DNA of 60,731 bases, the filler included, from Dimargaris cristalligena (Eukaryota): assembly GCA_003614675.1 (NCBI GenBank). It is 5 parts of 5 records of this genome, joined end to end, with 100 filler letters (N's around TTAATTAATTAA, not from the genome) between each part and the next. Parts side by side here need not be neighbours in the genome. Positions count along the whole stretch, not along the records: positions 24,377 to 36,438 come from ML003058.1; positions 36,539 to 48,584 come from ML003059.1; 3 more parts are not named here. One strand, 5' to 3'. A program made the translations under genes and the position numbers. Below, piece after piece: positions 25,004-38,241 of this stretch. The notes under the pieces were generated by a model that was not told where the DNA came from, did not search any database, and saw only the letters and a program-made list of their open reading frames with translations. How positions within the stretch are numbered: the first letter of the stretch is position 1; every line of letters begins with the position of its first letter.

Positions 25004-25231
25004 TTCTAACTCAATAAAACCAACCGCGGGCATCTAGCTTTGCCCCTTGCAGTTCGTTCTCTCTTCTTCAAAACATTGTAGTTGTATCCAAAGGTACTTG
25101 CATTTTGTTGGAAATATAAGTTTGATGGTAAACGCAAGTGCCTTCAGATACAACTAAAACAATTCAAAGAAGAGAGAACGAACCGCAAGGGGCAAGGCTA
25201 GATGCCCACGGTAGGTTTTATTGAGTTAGAA
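25004..25231. repeat. Long imperfect palindrome / foldback element (~100-bp arms), MITE-like
   Basis: TTCTAACTCAATAAAACC..GGGCATCTAGC..TGCCCCTTGC..GTTCGTTCTCTCTTCTT..TAGTTGTATC is mirrored by its reverse complement ending GGTTTTATTGAGTTAGAA. Confidence 0.9.
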
Positions 25232-28002
25232 TTAGTAGTAAAAATGACTAGGACGAAGTCCCGGGTATAGAATGATATAGTAAAGATTAGAATATAGTCC
25301 CGAGTATAGGACGAGCCAATCAGAGTAAAGGAATTGGTGGGACGGGGGAAATGAATTTCCAACACATTTACCATTGAATTTATCATTCCAACAATATATC
25401 CCCCATCCTGTTAGTTTTACCTGGCTAATGGATACACCTAGTCTAGGAGGCACCTGTCCGGTGTACTCCAGTGCGATACTTACGTGATCAGCCATGAGGC
25501 TTACTTAAACATGAGTGAACAGGCATTAGGGAGGATGGAAACCACTGCTAGCATTTTAAAACGCGATGCTGAAATGTAAAATACAACAGTCATCTGTTGG
25601 TAGCGATAACTTGAGGCTTACTTGGGGAAAAACCTCAATATACTAATTTCGGCAATAAAGAAACAGGGTGCATACCCGCACAAGAACAGGGGGAGCAGAT
25701 AAATCAATTCAATGGGACATTTAGATATATGCCAGAATTGGTCCTACCACTTATTTGTCGGGTGTGCTGTCAGATTCTCTGGTTTGGAAAAAGCAGGCTC
25801 CTGACCGACACAGACAGGTGCTTTATTCATTCTCATTGGCAGACCGACAGAAGAAGGTTATACACATGGCAGGAATAAGGCAGGCCATTGCTAGCACTGT
25901 GGTATAGTAGTCCAGGCAACCAGGCCAAGGGTGATAACACCGGTCACAACGAGTCCAAATAGTGATGGAATCTATACCATATTGTCGACTGAAGGGGGAA
26001 GGTGGTGAGTAAAAATTTAAATGTTTGGGTTAGGGTAATTATGGGAGGTATGGGCAATATATATTATTATGGATAGTTGGTGGTATGGATTGCCATAAGG
26101 TGGTAAAAATATCAACACTTGTTGGTCTTAATAGGTATGCCACTAGTTTATTTGGCATGTAATTGACCTTGGCCATGGCTTCTATCAGACGCGTGGATAC
26201 GCTAGGATGTAAATAATCACTACATTATGGCCAATATCAGGGCGGCTTTTCTTCCCAGTGGTCACCTGACAGCGACCGACGTCGTTGGGTACTGGTCTCA
26301 TACTTTCGTTACAGGAGCTTTTTTATTTCGGTGGGGTGTTTAATAGGAGTATATCTACCGTATCTATTTCAGAATTTTAGAATGTAATAGCACCGATCTA
26401 CTTATTCGTAAGAGTAAAAATTCAGGGTGGGCAATATGTCAGACATAGTCTAACAATCTGAAATCAGGGGATCCTAGCGGAATGTAATAAATTATGCATA
26501 TTCCGTCAAACCACCACTTTCATTTAATTCTACCTGTTACTCTCCCCCTCTTTCTCTCCTCGCTATACGTGGGTGGTGAATTGGCCAGGCGCATCCCTTT
26601 CAATTGGCTGCTTTGGCCCGCAATTAACATTCTTCTATAGGTAGTAGGAGAGTGTTCGATGGTTAGTCGCGGAACTTGGGAGTCCACCGCTTGTCTCACC
26701 CTACACGGCAATTGAATGAACGTTGGTGATCGCTTCTATATAAACAAGGGGAGCGAAAGAGGAGCAGGATGGAAGGGGGCTTATGCCGAACTAGAGGAAG
26801 TGAAGATAGGCACCGATGGGACAAGAGTCAAGGATGTAGACAATGGGCAATCCCGTGTAATTAGTGGCCATTGGGTCTTTGCTGGCAAAATGCTATTGTA
26901 ATTCGTTTTAAAAAACATATTATGTTAATAGAGGGGAAAGAAAAATTTTTCCGTAAAAATATTACTTTCCCCGAAGTAGAAAGGAAAAATTTTCATGCGA
27001 AAATTGTTTTCTCTATCTTTCTCCTTCTTTTATTCCTTCCTACCATCCGACCCTATTAGTTTATTCTATTTTTACTGTCAAAATTTCTCTCTGCCGTGTT
27101 CTTTACACATGTGCACGACGACTTTTCGGTTATTATAGGCCGTGGACTTGTCCATTGGGTGAAATAAGCTTCTCCAATAAATAACAAAACGTCGACGGCA
27201 TCTATTAACGATAATTCTGGTTGAACGCCTTGTCACTCGATTCTCTGCTATTCGGTGAAGAATATGTCTTGGAGACCGAGACTCGGCCAACATCCCGACC
27301 ATCTCTCTCTAAAGACTTTTCTTCTTTTCTTTCTCTTCTCTGCCTCTATTCTCCCCTCCGACCACGAATCCATTAACAACATTATCCAGTAAATCCTAGC
27401 CGGCCCTCTACCATACCTGTTTATATCTTAAATAGCAACACCTAAACTCGACACTGGGGCTATTCATCTGCTAGGTCATGGATTCCCACCAAACTGAAAA
27501 ATCATATTCGATGCATGCAAACCATTACTGGCACGTCAATTTCGGTGGCTTATTGATAGTTAGATAAGCACCCCGCAATCGATAGTATTAGTTATATGGG
27601 GACCAAGCCCGCGAACCATCAAATCTTTTGAGCCGGAATGGTTGGGTTAAGAGTTTAGGATATTTTGGTACTTCACAATGCTTTCTTGTTCACTATACAT
27701 GACCTCGCCTTTTTCGAGGTGGTCAGATTGGGCATGCCTCCAACCATTCGCACTACTTATATTTGGGGGAAGTCCCTGTAGTTTAACCAATGCTAACCCT
27801 AAATTAGATCCATGTAGGAATAATATCTAGACCAAGGCTATTTTGGTAGAAGCGATAATTGGGCCAATATAGCTCGACATTCCACTCTATAAATTATATA
27901 TGCTATTGTGGGGATTAAGTTGGGGTTGAAGGTGTTTATTGGTATATATATAAAAATATAGGTCAACGATGCCGTTGATTATATGTTCGCCACGCCCCAT
28001 GG

Positions 28003-28251
28003 TTATTTTTTAGTGGCCTTCTTGCGATTCTCCAAGTTATACAGTGCCGTACCTACGGCTTTTCCACTCTGTCGATATATTTTTTTACAGAATGCCGCAA
28101 CGCAGTTTTTCGATTCATCGGGAATTCCAGTGCCGCTCTCATTGGGACGTTTGATCCACTGATTCTCGTGAACGAAGGATATCACACCACCGGCGACCAA
28201 GTGGGCGAGTAGGGCAGTGATGACGAGAAGGTATCCATTAATTACGCGCAT
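28003..28251 (-). CDS. Small putative secreted protein, 82 aa
   Basis: ATG at 28251 gives MRVINGYLLVITALLAHLVAG (signal-peptide-like) followed by a basic mature part with two Cys. It is a CpG-containing island in AT-rich DNA. No family recognised. Confidence 0.55.
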   Translation of the reverse strand: MRVINGYLLVITALLAHLVAGGVISFVHENQWIKRPNESGTGIPDESKNCVAAFCKKIYRQSGKAVGTALYNLENRKKATKK

Positions 28252-30266
28252 AGTGGAAACGGAGTCAACGGTCAATAAAAAATGGGTATATATATATATA
28301 TATATGTTTGTGTGTGTGTGAAGGGGGTTAAAAATAACGAATGGGGAGATTGTTTCAATTGAAAATTGGCCGGGGAAAATGATAAGTAATGGATAGTGGT
28401 CTATAGGAAACTGGTGAGGGTATGGGTGTACTGATGCAATGGATCCAAGAGGAAACAGAGTGGTGTGGTGACTGGTGGGCCAAGTGTGAATAGCACTAGA
28501 GTTGAATGGGTGCTGTAATGATGGACGAAGGGAAAATAGAAGAGAGATGGGTTGATGGACTACACTTTCACCGAGCGAGGGGTCGTCTTTTATAATGCAC
28601 AGCTGGAAATTCAACATGCTCATATTACACAGCCTTTATACCCATAAGTTAGCTATGGTGTATCCTGGATTCGGCACAAAGAAATATCGATAATCTCCGA
28701 TGATGATCTCTTTCTCTCTTTCTCTCTCTCTCCTATTATCCCTTTGTCTCTTACCTATTTCACAATGCAGTATGTCCTTTATGATATATTTTTATAGCTT
28801 ACCTCTTCTTCAGCTGGATGATATCCCCCACCAACAGACGGCTGAATGTCTTCCCCTCTCTTGCATGACACCTCTCCTTTCTTGCCACTTACACACGGCT
28901 AGGGACGTTGCCATCCAGTGTATATTCATTAGTACTTGGCAATGTGGGCTTCGTCTAAAGCTTCTACAATATATACAGGACTACTTGCAACCGCTAGAAA
29001 ATGAGTGAGGGGCTATTATATATACCTAGGCTAACCTAATAATACAGTGCTGACATGACAATATCCAACAGCTGGCTATTCATTTGGTGAGCTTCTAGTG
29101 GGTCCCAGCTCCACGTAACATATAGTCAAGGAGTGGAGGGTACCTAATTGCAAAGGAAACCAAGCATTTCCGGAGCAAACTGCTCTATATTTGGTACTGG
29201 AATACATAGGTAGCACTCCCCCTAAGCACCCTACACACTGCCAAGCCAAATCTTAGAAGGTGCGTGGTGGGAATTGGGATGTGTCCGGGAGGGAAGATGG
29301 GCACTTGCATGCCCTCCCATTGTCAGATAACACCGGTGTGGAGAAACCTGCCATAATGGTAGTAGGGGCAAGAGTGATATGTTCTATTGCTTAAGAGTAA
29401 ACTAAGCCATTTCTACAATTGAGTCTCCACAGCTTCTCTCGCATTGTGTTTTTTTTCATGTCTAGTGATTCCCTGCTGAACTCAGGCAATGGGGCACTCG
29501 GAAACCCTAGAATTATATCATAAAAGAGGGTGGTGGGCCGGGAAGTGAGTGTGTGGACTTATGGTCAGATAATGCCACTGGCCAAGGTCCAGCCCAGCCA
29601 TGTAAATTACCCATGGGAGGTTTTTTTATCAACCAGGCATTCGTCCCAAGCCTATATAATTACTCCGCTTAGGTGCAGCCATGTCTATTCAGTAGTATGC
29701 AATTATATCCACCAACCGGAGTAACAACATCACCTGGCTGGCCCTGGGTCTTTTAAGCCACTTTCATTTGCTGGAGTAAACCAGTCTAGGTTAAAGGGCC
29801 CCCACCACCAGTATAGTGCAGTTTTCTAATGAAGGCGCTTGTTATGGGTTTTCACATGCAAAGGCGCACCAATCATTGCTCCTGCTGTGAAGGAGTCGTC
29901 ACAGCCGAGGTGCACTTTGAGCCCAACACAGCTAGATATAGGAGGACATTAGCTAAGCCAGCCATGTGATAATCACTTTCTCATTTATCGCCGGTTCCAC
30001 ATGTCATTTCATCGGTAATATCCACCCACCACCACTTTAATTGTATGCGCATGAGTGGTTTAGAGGGTTCATTTGATAGATTTGTCAGAAAAAGCTGCCT
30101 TCATACCTACTACTCCCCTCCGCTGCCCTACTTCCCCCTCCTCTGTTTATAAATATACCGAATACTTCCCACTGTGCCCTTCCCTCACTGTGCTTTTACT
30201 TACCTCTTGCCTACGTTAGTGCCTTTGTTTCTTAGTCCCCTCCCCATACAACATACTCCTCTCGCC

Positions 30267-31520
30267 ATGTCGAACTTCAGTCGTGTTGCTCAAGTCGCCC
30301 AGCACTTGGCTCCTGTGTCCAAGAACCTCCCGGCTACCCGTGTGGGTGTCAAGTCCGACGAGGACGTGGTGATTGTCTCGGCCCTTCGTACCCCCATTAC
30401 CCGTGCCCGTCGCGGTGCCTTCAAGGACACCCCTCCCGAAGACCTGCTCGCCGAAGTGCTTAAAGCCACTCTGGCCCGCACCGCCATCGACCCCGCCATG
30501 GTGGATGATGTGTGTGTCGGTACTGTTCTGACCCCCATGGGTGGCGCCACCTCGGCGCGCATGGCCTGTCTGTACGCTGGACTTCCGGAACGTTCCTCGA
30601 CCTACACCGTGAACCGCCAGTGCTCATCGGGTCTGCAGGCCGTGGCCGCCATCGCCCAGGCCATTCAGGCCGGCCAAATCGACGTGGGTATCGGGGCTGG
30701 CATGGAATCCATGACCAAGTACTATGCCCAGGCTTCCTTCGCGCCTTCTGAGAAACTCATGGAACACGAGGCGGCTGCGGACTGTATCCTGCCCATGGGT
30801 ATCACCTCCGAAAATGTGGCTGAGGAATTCGGCATCACCCGCGACCAGCAGGACCAGCTCGCCGCCCTCTCCCACGCCCGGGCCGCCCAGGCCCAGAAGG
30901 AAGGCCTGTTCGATTCCGAAATCGTGCCCGTCACCACCCAAGTACTGGACAAGGACGGCAACGCCCACACCATCACCGTGTCCAAGGACGAAGGCGTGCG
31001 GGTTGGCACCACCCCCCAGTCACTCGCCAAACTCAAGGCCGCCTTCCGCGAGAACGGTACCACCCACGCCGGTAACGCCTCCCAGGTGTCCGACGGGGCC
31101 GCCGCCGTACTACTCATGAAGCGGAAGACCGCCCAGCGTCTGGGCCTGCCCGTCCTCGCCAAACTCGTGTCCTCCGCCGTCGCGGGTGTTCCCCCGCGCG
31201 TCATGGGCATCGGCCCGGCCTTCGCCATCCCCAAGGCCTGCGAACTGGCCGGTATCAATGTCCAGGATGTCGACATCTTTGAACTCAACGAAGCCTTCGC
31301 CTCCCAGGCTACCTACTGTATTCAGAAACTCGGCCTCGACATCAAGAAGGTCAACCCCAAGGGCGGTGCCATCGCCCTCGGCCATCCTCTGGGCTGCACC
31401 GGCTCCCGCCAGATTGCTACCCTACTGCCCGAATTGAAACGCCAGAACAAGAAGATCGGGGCCGTCACCATGTGCATTGGCACTGGTATGGGAATGTGCA
31501 CCATCATTGAGCGCGAGTAA
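30267..31520 (+). CDS. POT1: Peroxisomal 3-ketoacyl-CoA thiolase, 417 aa, intronless
   Basis: PTS2 RVAQVAQHL at the N-terminus; thiolase motifs VNRQCSSGLQA, NEAFA, GGAIALGHPLG and MCIGTGMG. The true ATG is taken at 30267 (GCCATGT). Confidence 0.95.
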   Translation: MSNFSRVAQVAQHLAPVSKNLPATRVGVKSDEDVVIVSALRTPITRARRGAFKDTPPEDLLAEVLKATLARTAIDPAMVDDVCVGTVLTPMGGATSARMACLYAGLPERSSTYTVNRQCSSGLQAVAAIAQAIQAGQIDVGIGAGMESMTKYYAQASFAPSEKLMEHEAAADCILPMGITSENVAEEFGITRDQQDQLAALSHARAAQAQKEGLFDSEIVPVTTQVLDKDGNAHTITVSKDEGVRVGTTPQSLAKLKAAFRENGTTHAGNASQVSDGAAAVLLMKRKTAQRLGLPVLAKLVSSAVAGVPPRVMGIGPAFAIPKACELAGINVQDVDIFELNEAFASQATYCIQKLGLDIKKVNPKGGAIALGHPLGCTGSRQIATLLPELKRQNKKIGAVTMCIGTGMGMCTIIERE

Positions 31521-32768
31521 AGTAACATTTTTATAAAAGCTACCAACACGTACACCTTTCCCTTCCTTAATAATATGGAAACCAAGTTCGTTCCACCCCG
31601 TCCTTTACTTATCCCTAGATTTTGTCTCGAATGACAACGCAGTACCCACTTCATATAAGCTGATCAACCCCCGGTTTCTATTGTACACACCTATCCACAC
31701 TCATCTTTACCGGGCTGTGGCAAATTCTATAACGATATTCAATTTCACCTCCTTATAAATCTAATTCTGAACGCCGAATTGGCCCGTTTGGCTGAGGAAA
31801 CCACGATAATTTGGTTTAGTTGTATTGCTAAACTGTTTTTATATTGTGCCACAAGAACAGCTGCCCGTTGTGGTTGTGCCCAGGAAACACCGTAATAAAA
31901 AGAGCTGTGTTACTGGATATGATACCACCTGTGAATTACATATCGCGTCTTTTTAAAACAGTCACATTTACAGGCCATTTGTATCTAAGTATGCTACGGG
32001 ATTGGTTTTATGTGAAACATCAGGTGTCGACCCTCCCCACTTACCTGTTCGTTATGCTCGCCAGCTCGATCTTGCTCGTTTCCTGGCAAATAGCTATATT
32101 TTCACGTTGCTTATTTATTAATACTTTAACCATCGTTTTATTTCCAAAGATCCGCTTTAATTATTATCATTGATCAAGGTCAGTCAGTAGTTTACATACT
32201 CAGCCAGCCTCATTATGTGAGCCTTCCTTTCTCCTCCCACCTTCAGAATCCTTTGGCAAGTTCCATCGGGTTTCAAGGGACGGGGTGTAAGCAACATACC
32301 TATTCCCTTTGATAACAAGGGTACCCGATTTAGCACAGAAAGATAAAGGTTTCCGGCACGACAGCAGATAATGCTCCCGGGACTTGTACGTCATGCTGCG
32401 AAGGTTACATGATATAGCCGTCTGCACCCCCTCGTTAATTGTATAGAAGGTATACTCTTAGTGGCTGGTTGGCTTGCAGCCCGATTCCCATCATACTTCC
32501 CCGCTGGCTAATAACTACCCTTTCTTTCTACTGGTTACATACCCACCCTTCTTTACTTACTTACACCACTTATCCACTTTCTTAGCCATACCCTGGCTTC
32601 GTTATTCGCCATAGCCGCCAGCAAACCCGAGACTCTCCCACTCTACTTTCCTACGAGAGAGACCGAGATACCACCCCTGCTCCAGCCCCTCTCTCCCAGG
32701 CCCTTTGACAAATACCCCCCCCCCCCCCACTATCGTGTTGTCTGACAGCGGCTCTTTTTCATACCAGA

Positions 32769-35700
32769 ATGTCACGCCTTCTTCGAGCCAGCCGTTTAAC
32801 CCTCCGTGCGGCATCCCCATTGACCAGAATTACTAACTACAGTAGTCCATTCGTCCGCTACTCCCCGGCGCCATTTCACCTCGCCATGGCCACTCGCGCT
32901 TTTTCCGATAAAGTCCAGGTAGGGTTGGTCACACCAAGGCCCGGACAACCGATTCGGTTATTTTAAATAGACGGTGTATTTATGAAAACTATTTGGCTAT
33001 TCCGTCGAACTCCTTTAAGAATACTAGCAGGGAGGAAAGCTGGGCCACTCAATCTTTTCGTTCGCATATGGCTGACCTCTTGCTTCTCGTATTGATTCTA
33101 TTTCAATCAATATCTTCACCGATGCCATATGTATTACTTCTCCCGCCTCAACCCAGCTCAAAGACCCGAGTCTGTTCCGGGACAAATCCCTAATCAACAA
33201 CCAGTGGGTAGCCAGTCCGTCCGGCGCTACCTTTCAGGTCGATGGCAAGTAGACCTCACACGCACACTTTACAGATGCACGCATCCACAGCATATTACAT
33301 AAAGCTCCACCACTATGGGTATATTCTCACTTCTATCCAGATCCCTGAATCGGCATCATACCGTCTTCTATCGGTGCCATCTATCTAACCCATCATGGTA
33401 GTTGTATAATCGGTGAATATTGACATCCATCAGATCCGGCCACTCTGCGAATCATCGGTAGTCTACCTGAATTAACGGCCACCGACACTGAAGAAGCCGT
33501 TGCGGCTGCCACTCGGGCATTTGAATCCTGGAGGCTAACATCGACCCGCGTAAGTAGGGTAGATTCATTATTCAGTCACACCCTATACCGTATTTCCAAA
33601 CAAAGCTACTTATTTGTAAACATACTATCCCCTTTTATATACGAACCAATTTCCTATAGTCCCCGTTTCGAAGTGTCAAAGCAAGTCTTAATCCACATAC
33701 TACTCTATATATGCCCATGATTACTTATTGCACCTATAGACTCGTTACGGCCTTTTAATGAAATGGCGCGACTTGATGTACGAAAACCTGGACGATCTAG
33801 CTGCGATTCTGACCCTCGAAAATGGCAAAGTAAGTTTTTATTAGCTGTGGTAATTAGTAGATACTCAGTGAAATCAAATCTATTCTGGTGATCATGACAT
33901 AACCCCTCCCATACTACAGTATCTCACCGCTTTTGTTGCTGATTGTTTTTATGTAATACGTACCACCTCTAGCCATTGGAAGAAGTAAGTAGCCATACAA
34001 ATAATACACGTACTGGATTATTATACAACTCGATTTAAGAGTTTGGATGGCCGACTAATTTCGCGGATTGGGCTATATTAACCCTGTTGTATCGATTAAT
34101 CTATAACAATTAAGGCGAAAGGCGAAATCAAATACGCCGCCTCATTCTTGGAATGGTTCGCTGAAGAGGCCAAGCGCATCGAGGGGGATATTTTAGCCAG
34201 CCCGGTGGCATCCCAGCGCCTCATGGTTATTAAACAACCAATTGGACCTGTAGCCCTCCTTACCCCCTGGAGTAAGTATAGTCAGAACTAGCTCTTGGTT
34301 CGATTTTCTAAACCAACCGGGATGAGCCCCTGGTATTTCCCAATTATCCAATATCAAGGGATTCTGGTATTAAGCCTCTACTCGATTCGTACTAAATACA
34401 CACGTATATATTTATGTTCCCCACCTGGTCATGGTGGTGGACCCATACACGTCTATATCTGCACTCTAGATTTCCCGGCCGCAATGATTACCCGCAAGGT
34501 AAGTAATGCTTTTATAAATCGAAGTATTATCAATACAGCAGGGTGCCGAACCGATGGTATGGATCAACTCCGTGCTGAATGATGGAAGAACCTGATTGCA
34601 TCGAGTCCTACGACACATTCTCATATTCCTATGATTATGGCTATATCTACATTTGTTGGCTTTTCGCTTGGCCATAACTTAGGTAGGCGCGGCTCTTGCT
34701 GCCGGCTGTACTGCCGTTATCAAACCAGGTAAGTGATCTTCCCAATAAATACTTGGTTGGTTATCAGCTTTGCGCATTGATAGGTGGTATCCAGCAATTC
34801 CGTGATTACCGTAGCTAGCTACATATTGCAATTCTGTTAAAGCATACCCTACTTTAATTATTTAAGGCGTATATTAATACCTCGGCTACTATCTATGTAT
34901 ATATGTGGTCAATAATTACTCAGCGGCGGAAACCCCTTACTCTGCCCTGGCGTTGGGCGAGCTCGCGCTAAGAGCGGGTATCCCCGAAGGGGTAGTCAAC
35001 ATTGTAACCACCAACGCCAATCTATCTGAAATTAGCCTGAAACTGACTACGCACCCGGCCATTAAGAAAGTGTCGTTCACGGGATCGGTAAGTAAGGTTA
35101 TTAGGATAGGAATTACAAACACAACGACAACCAAAGCACCGTACTACCACCTTTATGCCCCTGCTTACCAGTAGATAGGCGTCATCACTTAGGAAAGGAG
35201 GCCGAATTCTCATTAATACATTGCTATTTCAATATCCGTCCCACCATCAATTCATCTATATACCCTGGCGTACAGACACGCATTGGCCAACTGATTATGA
35301 AACAATCAGCCAGCACCCTCAAGAAGCTATCCCTCGAACTGGGTGGCAATGCCTCGTTTATTGTTTTTGAGGACGCCGATATTGACCAGGCTGTCGAAGG
35401 GGCGATTTCCACCAAATTCCGCAACAACGGCCAGACCTGTGTGTGCGCCAACCGATTCTACATCCACGATTCCATTTACGACACCTTCGCCGAGCGGTTC
35501 AGCGCGAAGGTGGAAGCCCTGCGGGTGGGCAATGGCTTTGCGCCCGGGGTCCAGCTGGGCCCCCTTATCCACCAGGGGGCGGTGGCCAAAGTGCGCCACC
35601 AAATCCGGGATGCCGTAGCCAAGGGGGCCCGCGTCGTCACAGGGGGCCAGGCCCGACCCACCCCCGGCGACGGCGGTGAAAATGGTGGCGACGACGGCAG

Positions 35701-36070
35701 TCCAAAAATCGAGGGCAACTTCTTCGAGCCTACCGTACTGGTGGATGTGTCCACCGATATGTTCGTCCACTCCGAGGAAACGTTCGGCCCCGTGGCGCCG
35801 CTCTTCCGTTTCCACGACGAGGCCCAGGTCGTGCAATGGGCCAACGACTGCGACGTGGGGTTGGCTTCGTATTTTTACACCCGGGACCTATCGCGGGCCT
35901 GGCGGGTCGCGGAGCAACTGGAAACCGGCATGGTCGGTGTGAATACGGGCAACATTAGCATGGACGCAGCCCCCTTTGGAGGGGTCAAGCAGTCCGGGTT
36001 CGGGCGGGAAGGCAGTAAATACGGAATTGCCGAGTATCTCAACATCAAATATATCAACATGAATGTATAA
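32769..36070 (+). CDS. UGA2: Succinate-semialdehyde dehydrogenase (mitochondrial-type presequence), 9 exons
   Basis: Exons 32769-32918, 33157-33244, 33434-33549, 33740-33829, 33973-33984, 34115-34271, 34470-34498, 34683-34728 and 34924-35087, followed by the terminal exon 35276-36070, reconstruct [77 protein letters not shown] and PFGGVKQSGFGREGS. Counting the presequence exon there are 10 coding segments. Confidence 0.92.
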
Positions 36071-36438
36071 GGCTGCGCGGACCTCGTCGGCACAACTATC
36101 GCGTGCGGGATTTTTTTATCTATTGTTGTTCGTGTAGGGCAATTCATCTCTAATTTTTATTATTGGTGCCTCAATTATATGACCAGTGACTTTATCGTTT
36201 TATTACAGGAGTTTTAGATAACCAATAAAAAAATGCTGTTCAGTACTGTTATATATCGGCAAAGTGCAGGAGAGGAATGCTGCATATAACCACAAGGAGA
36301 TGATCGAGCTATCCGGGGTAATATTTAATAGGCATGTTTCGACCAATAGGGTTGTCTATAATATATCGACACTGAAGTCTGATAGTCAATGGCACTCGGG
36401 GGGGGGGGGGATGCAGTTCAACAGACCCAACGCCCAAA

Positions 36439-36538
36439 NNNNNNNNNNNNNNNNNNNNNNNNNNNNNNNNNNNNNNNNNNNNTTAATTAATTAANNNNNN
36501 NNNNNNNNNNNNNNNNNNNNNNNNNNNNNNNNNNNNNN
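36439..36538. other. Artificial contig spacer
   Basis: N run with TTAATTAATTAA. Confidence 0.99.
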
Positions 36539-37799
36539 TAGTACTTGCCTCATCAAATGGATTTTTCGTTATACAGCCTTGTTGAACTACTCCCATATCC
36601 TTCAGTATCTTCCTCATTATATAGACCTATACGCATAGCCACTTTGCATTACGCCACAGTATATTATCCACATATTTAGTGCCACTATATATTCTCGTTT
36701 CATTGGTTGATGACATGTCCCTATCTTGTTTTAAATTAAATAATATGTATGGTTGTGTATTTGTTAGTAGTGGTCTAATCAAACGTATTCTATGTTATAA
36801 AGCCAGAATTTCCTCCTATCTATTTCCACCCTGGGTGGGAGCAGGAGCCTGAGTCTTATACATTTAGATGTGTGTGTGGGGGGGGGTTAGAAAATAGAGC
36901 TATAGCAATATTGTAAAATGTATTTAGCTGTGTCACATAATCCTAGGTCACCATCAATACCGCTAAAAAATATGTTGCCTCCTATGAGGTGTCCCTTTTT
37001 TTAAGATAGTCTATGTGCCCTTCATTTAAAGGTTAGGTTTTGGCATAGGTGGTTTTACAATAGATAAGGAGAGATAGTATAGTCATGTCCTTCTTGTTGC
37101 CAGGCATTATTGTCCTACTTCTCTCTGGCAATGATTAAATATTTACATTAAAGTGCTGATTACCACATGTCCACCTCATTGACTAATAGGTTTATAACTA
37201 AGCTCATACAATAAGATTATTGGCCTGTATTGTGAAATGGTAATGGAAAGTATCAAGACATAAGGGAGTAGAATAACCGTTAAACAGTAAATCATCGACA
37301 TCCCAATCTTGGGGATATAACTGTGCTGTTGTATGCAAGTCTAGGCATTCTGTAGACACTTAGACAGCCTACGCCTGCCTACCTTTTCTGTACCCTTTGT
37401 ATAAACCATTGGCCACCTTTACCACTACACTTATTAATTCAAAGTATATCTCCCTTCTTGGAAACTGTTCACCAAGACCCATAAAATATGCCATTTACAA
37501 TCAAGCCCATTCACTAATGACCCTGATTTACTATATGGGAATACTGACTAATATGGTACTTCAAATTTTCACATATCTCGCATATAATCTGGATTATATT
37601 GTATGCTGGCCATTTTACCTATCGAAATGCCAAGGACACAAGTGCTAGATTCCTTATTTATTGGTAGGGCATTTTACTGCAGAGTCAGTGGGATGGCAAA
37701 ATTTGGTGAATATAGGTGCTGATACAACCAAGGTGTTTAGGTGTCTAGCCATTGACCACAGCATTTTACAATTGGTGGGTACCAGTTCATAATGTTAAA

Positions 37800-38241
37800 T
37801 ATATAGCTAGATCATTGAAAGGTTGGACTAGAGAATTTTCTGGCAATGTATGAACAGTTAACCGGGAATGGGGCAATTGGCATTAGCAATCAGGGGCCCT
37901 GTTTCATCCAATCCATAAGAGTTTTACTCTGAAGCTGAGCCACCATCAATGGACTCAGCCAAACTACCAGTACTGGTAGCAGCTGGGCCACTACTTTCCG
38001 ACCTAGGATTGGCACCGGGAATGGGCAGAATGGGAGCAACAACATCAACAGAGCCCTTTTTACCTCTTGCCTCAGTCTTTCATTCCTGGTGACTCAAACT
38101 ATCATAATGGCTGCCCCTGGAACCTCAGTTGGCAGATGACTGCTTGCTACCACCACTATCTTGCACAGCAATGGCTCCATTAAGTGTAGCTACAGTGACA
38201 AGGAGAACAGTAAAAAGGGTAAAGTATTTCATATTGGGCAT
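37800..38241 (-). pseudogene. Decayed secreted-protein gene
   Basis: ATG 38241 gives MPNMKYFTLFTVLLVTVATLNGAIAVQ (signal peptide), then a protein-like frame broken by TGA (38125-27), TGA (38080-82) and TAA (37924-26). The 3' end is uncertain. Confidence 0.55.

Noticed and set aside
36555-36570. AAATGGATTTTT resembling the U2 snRNA Sm site
   Set aside because: No U2 5' region or branch-site recognition sequence nearby; it is part of a dispersed repeat.
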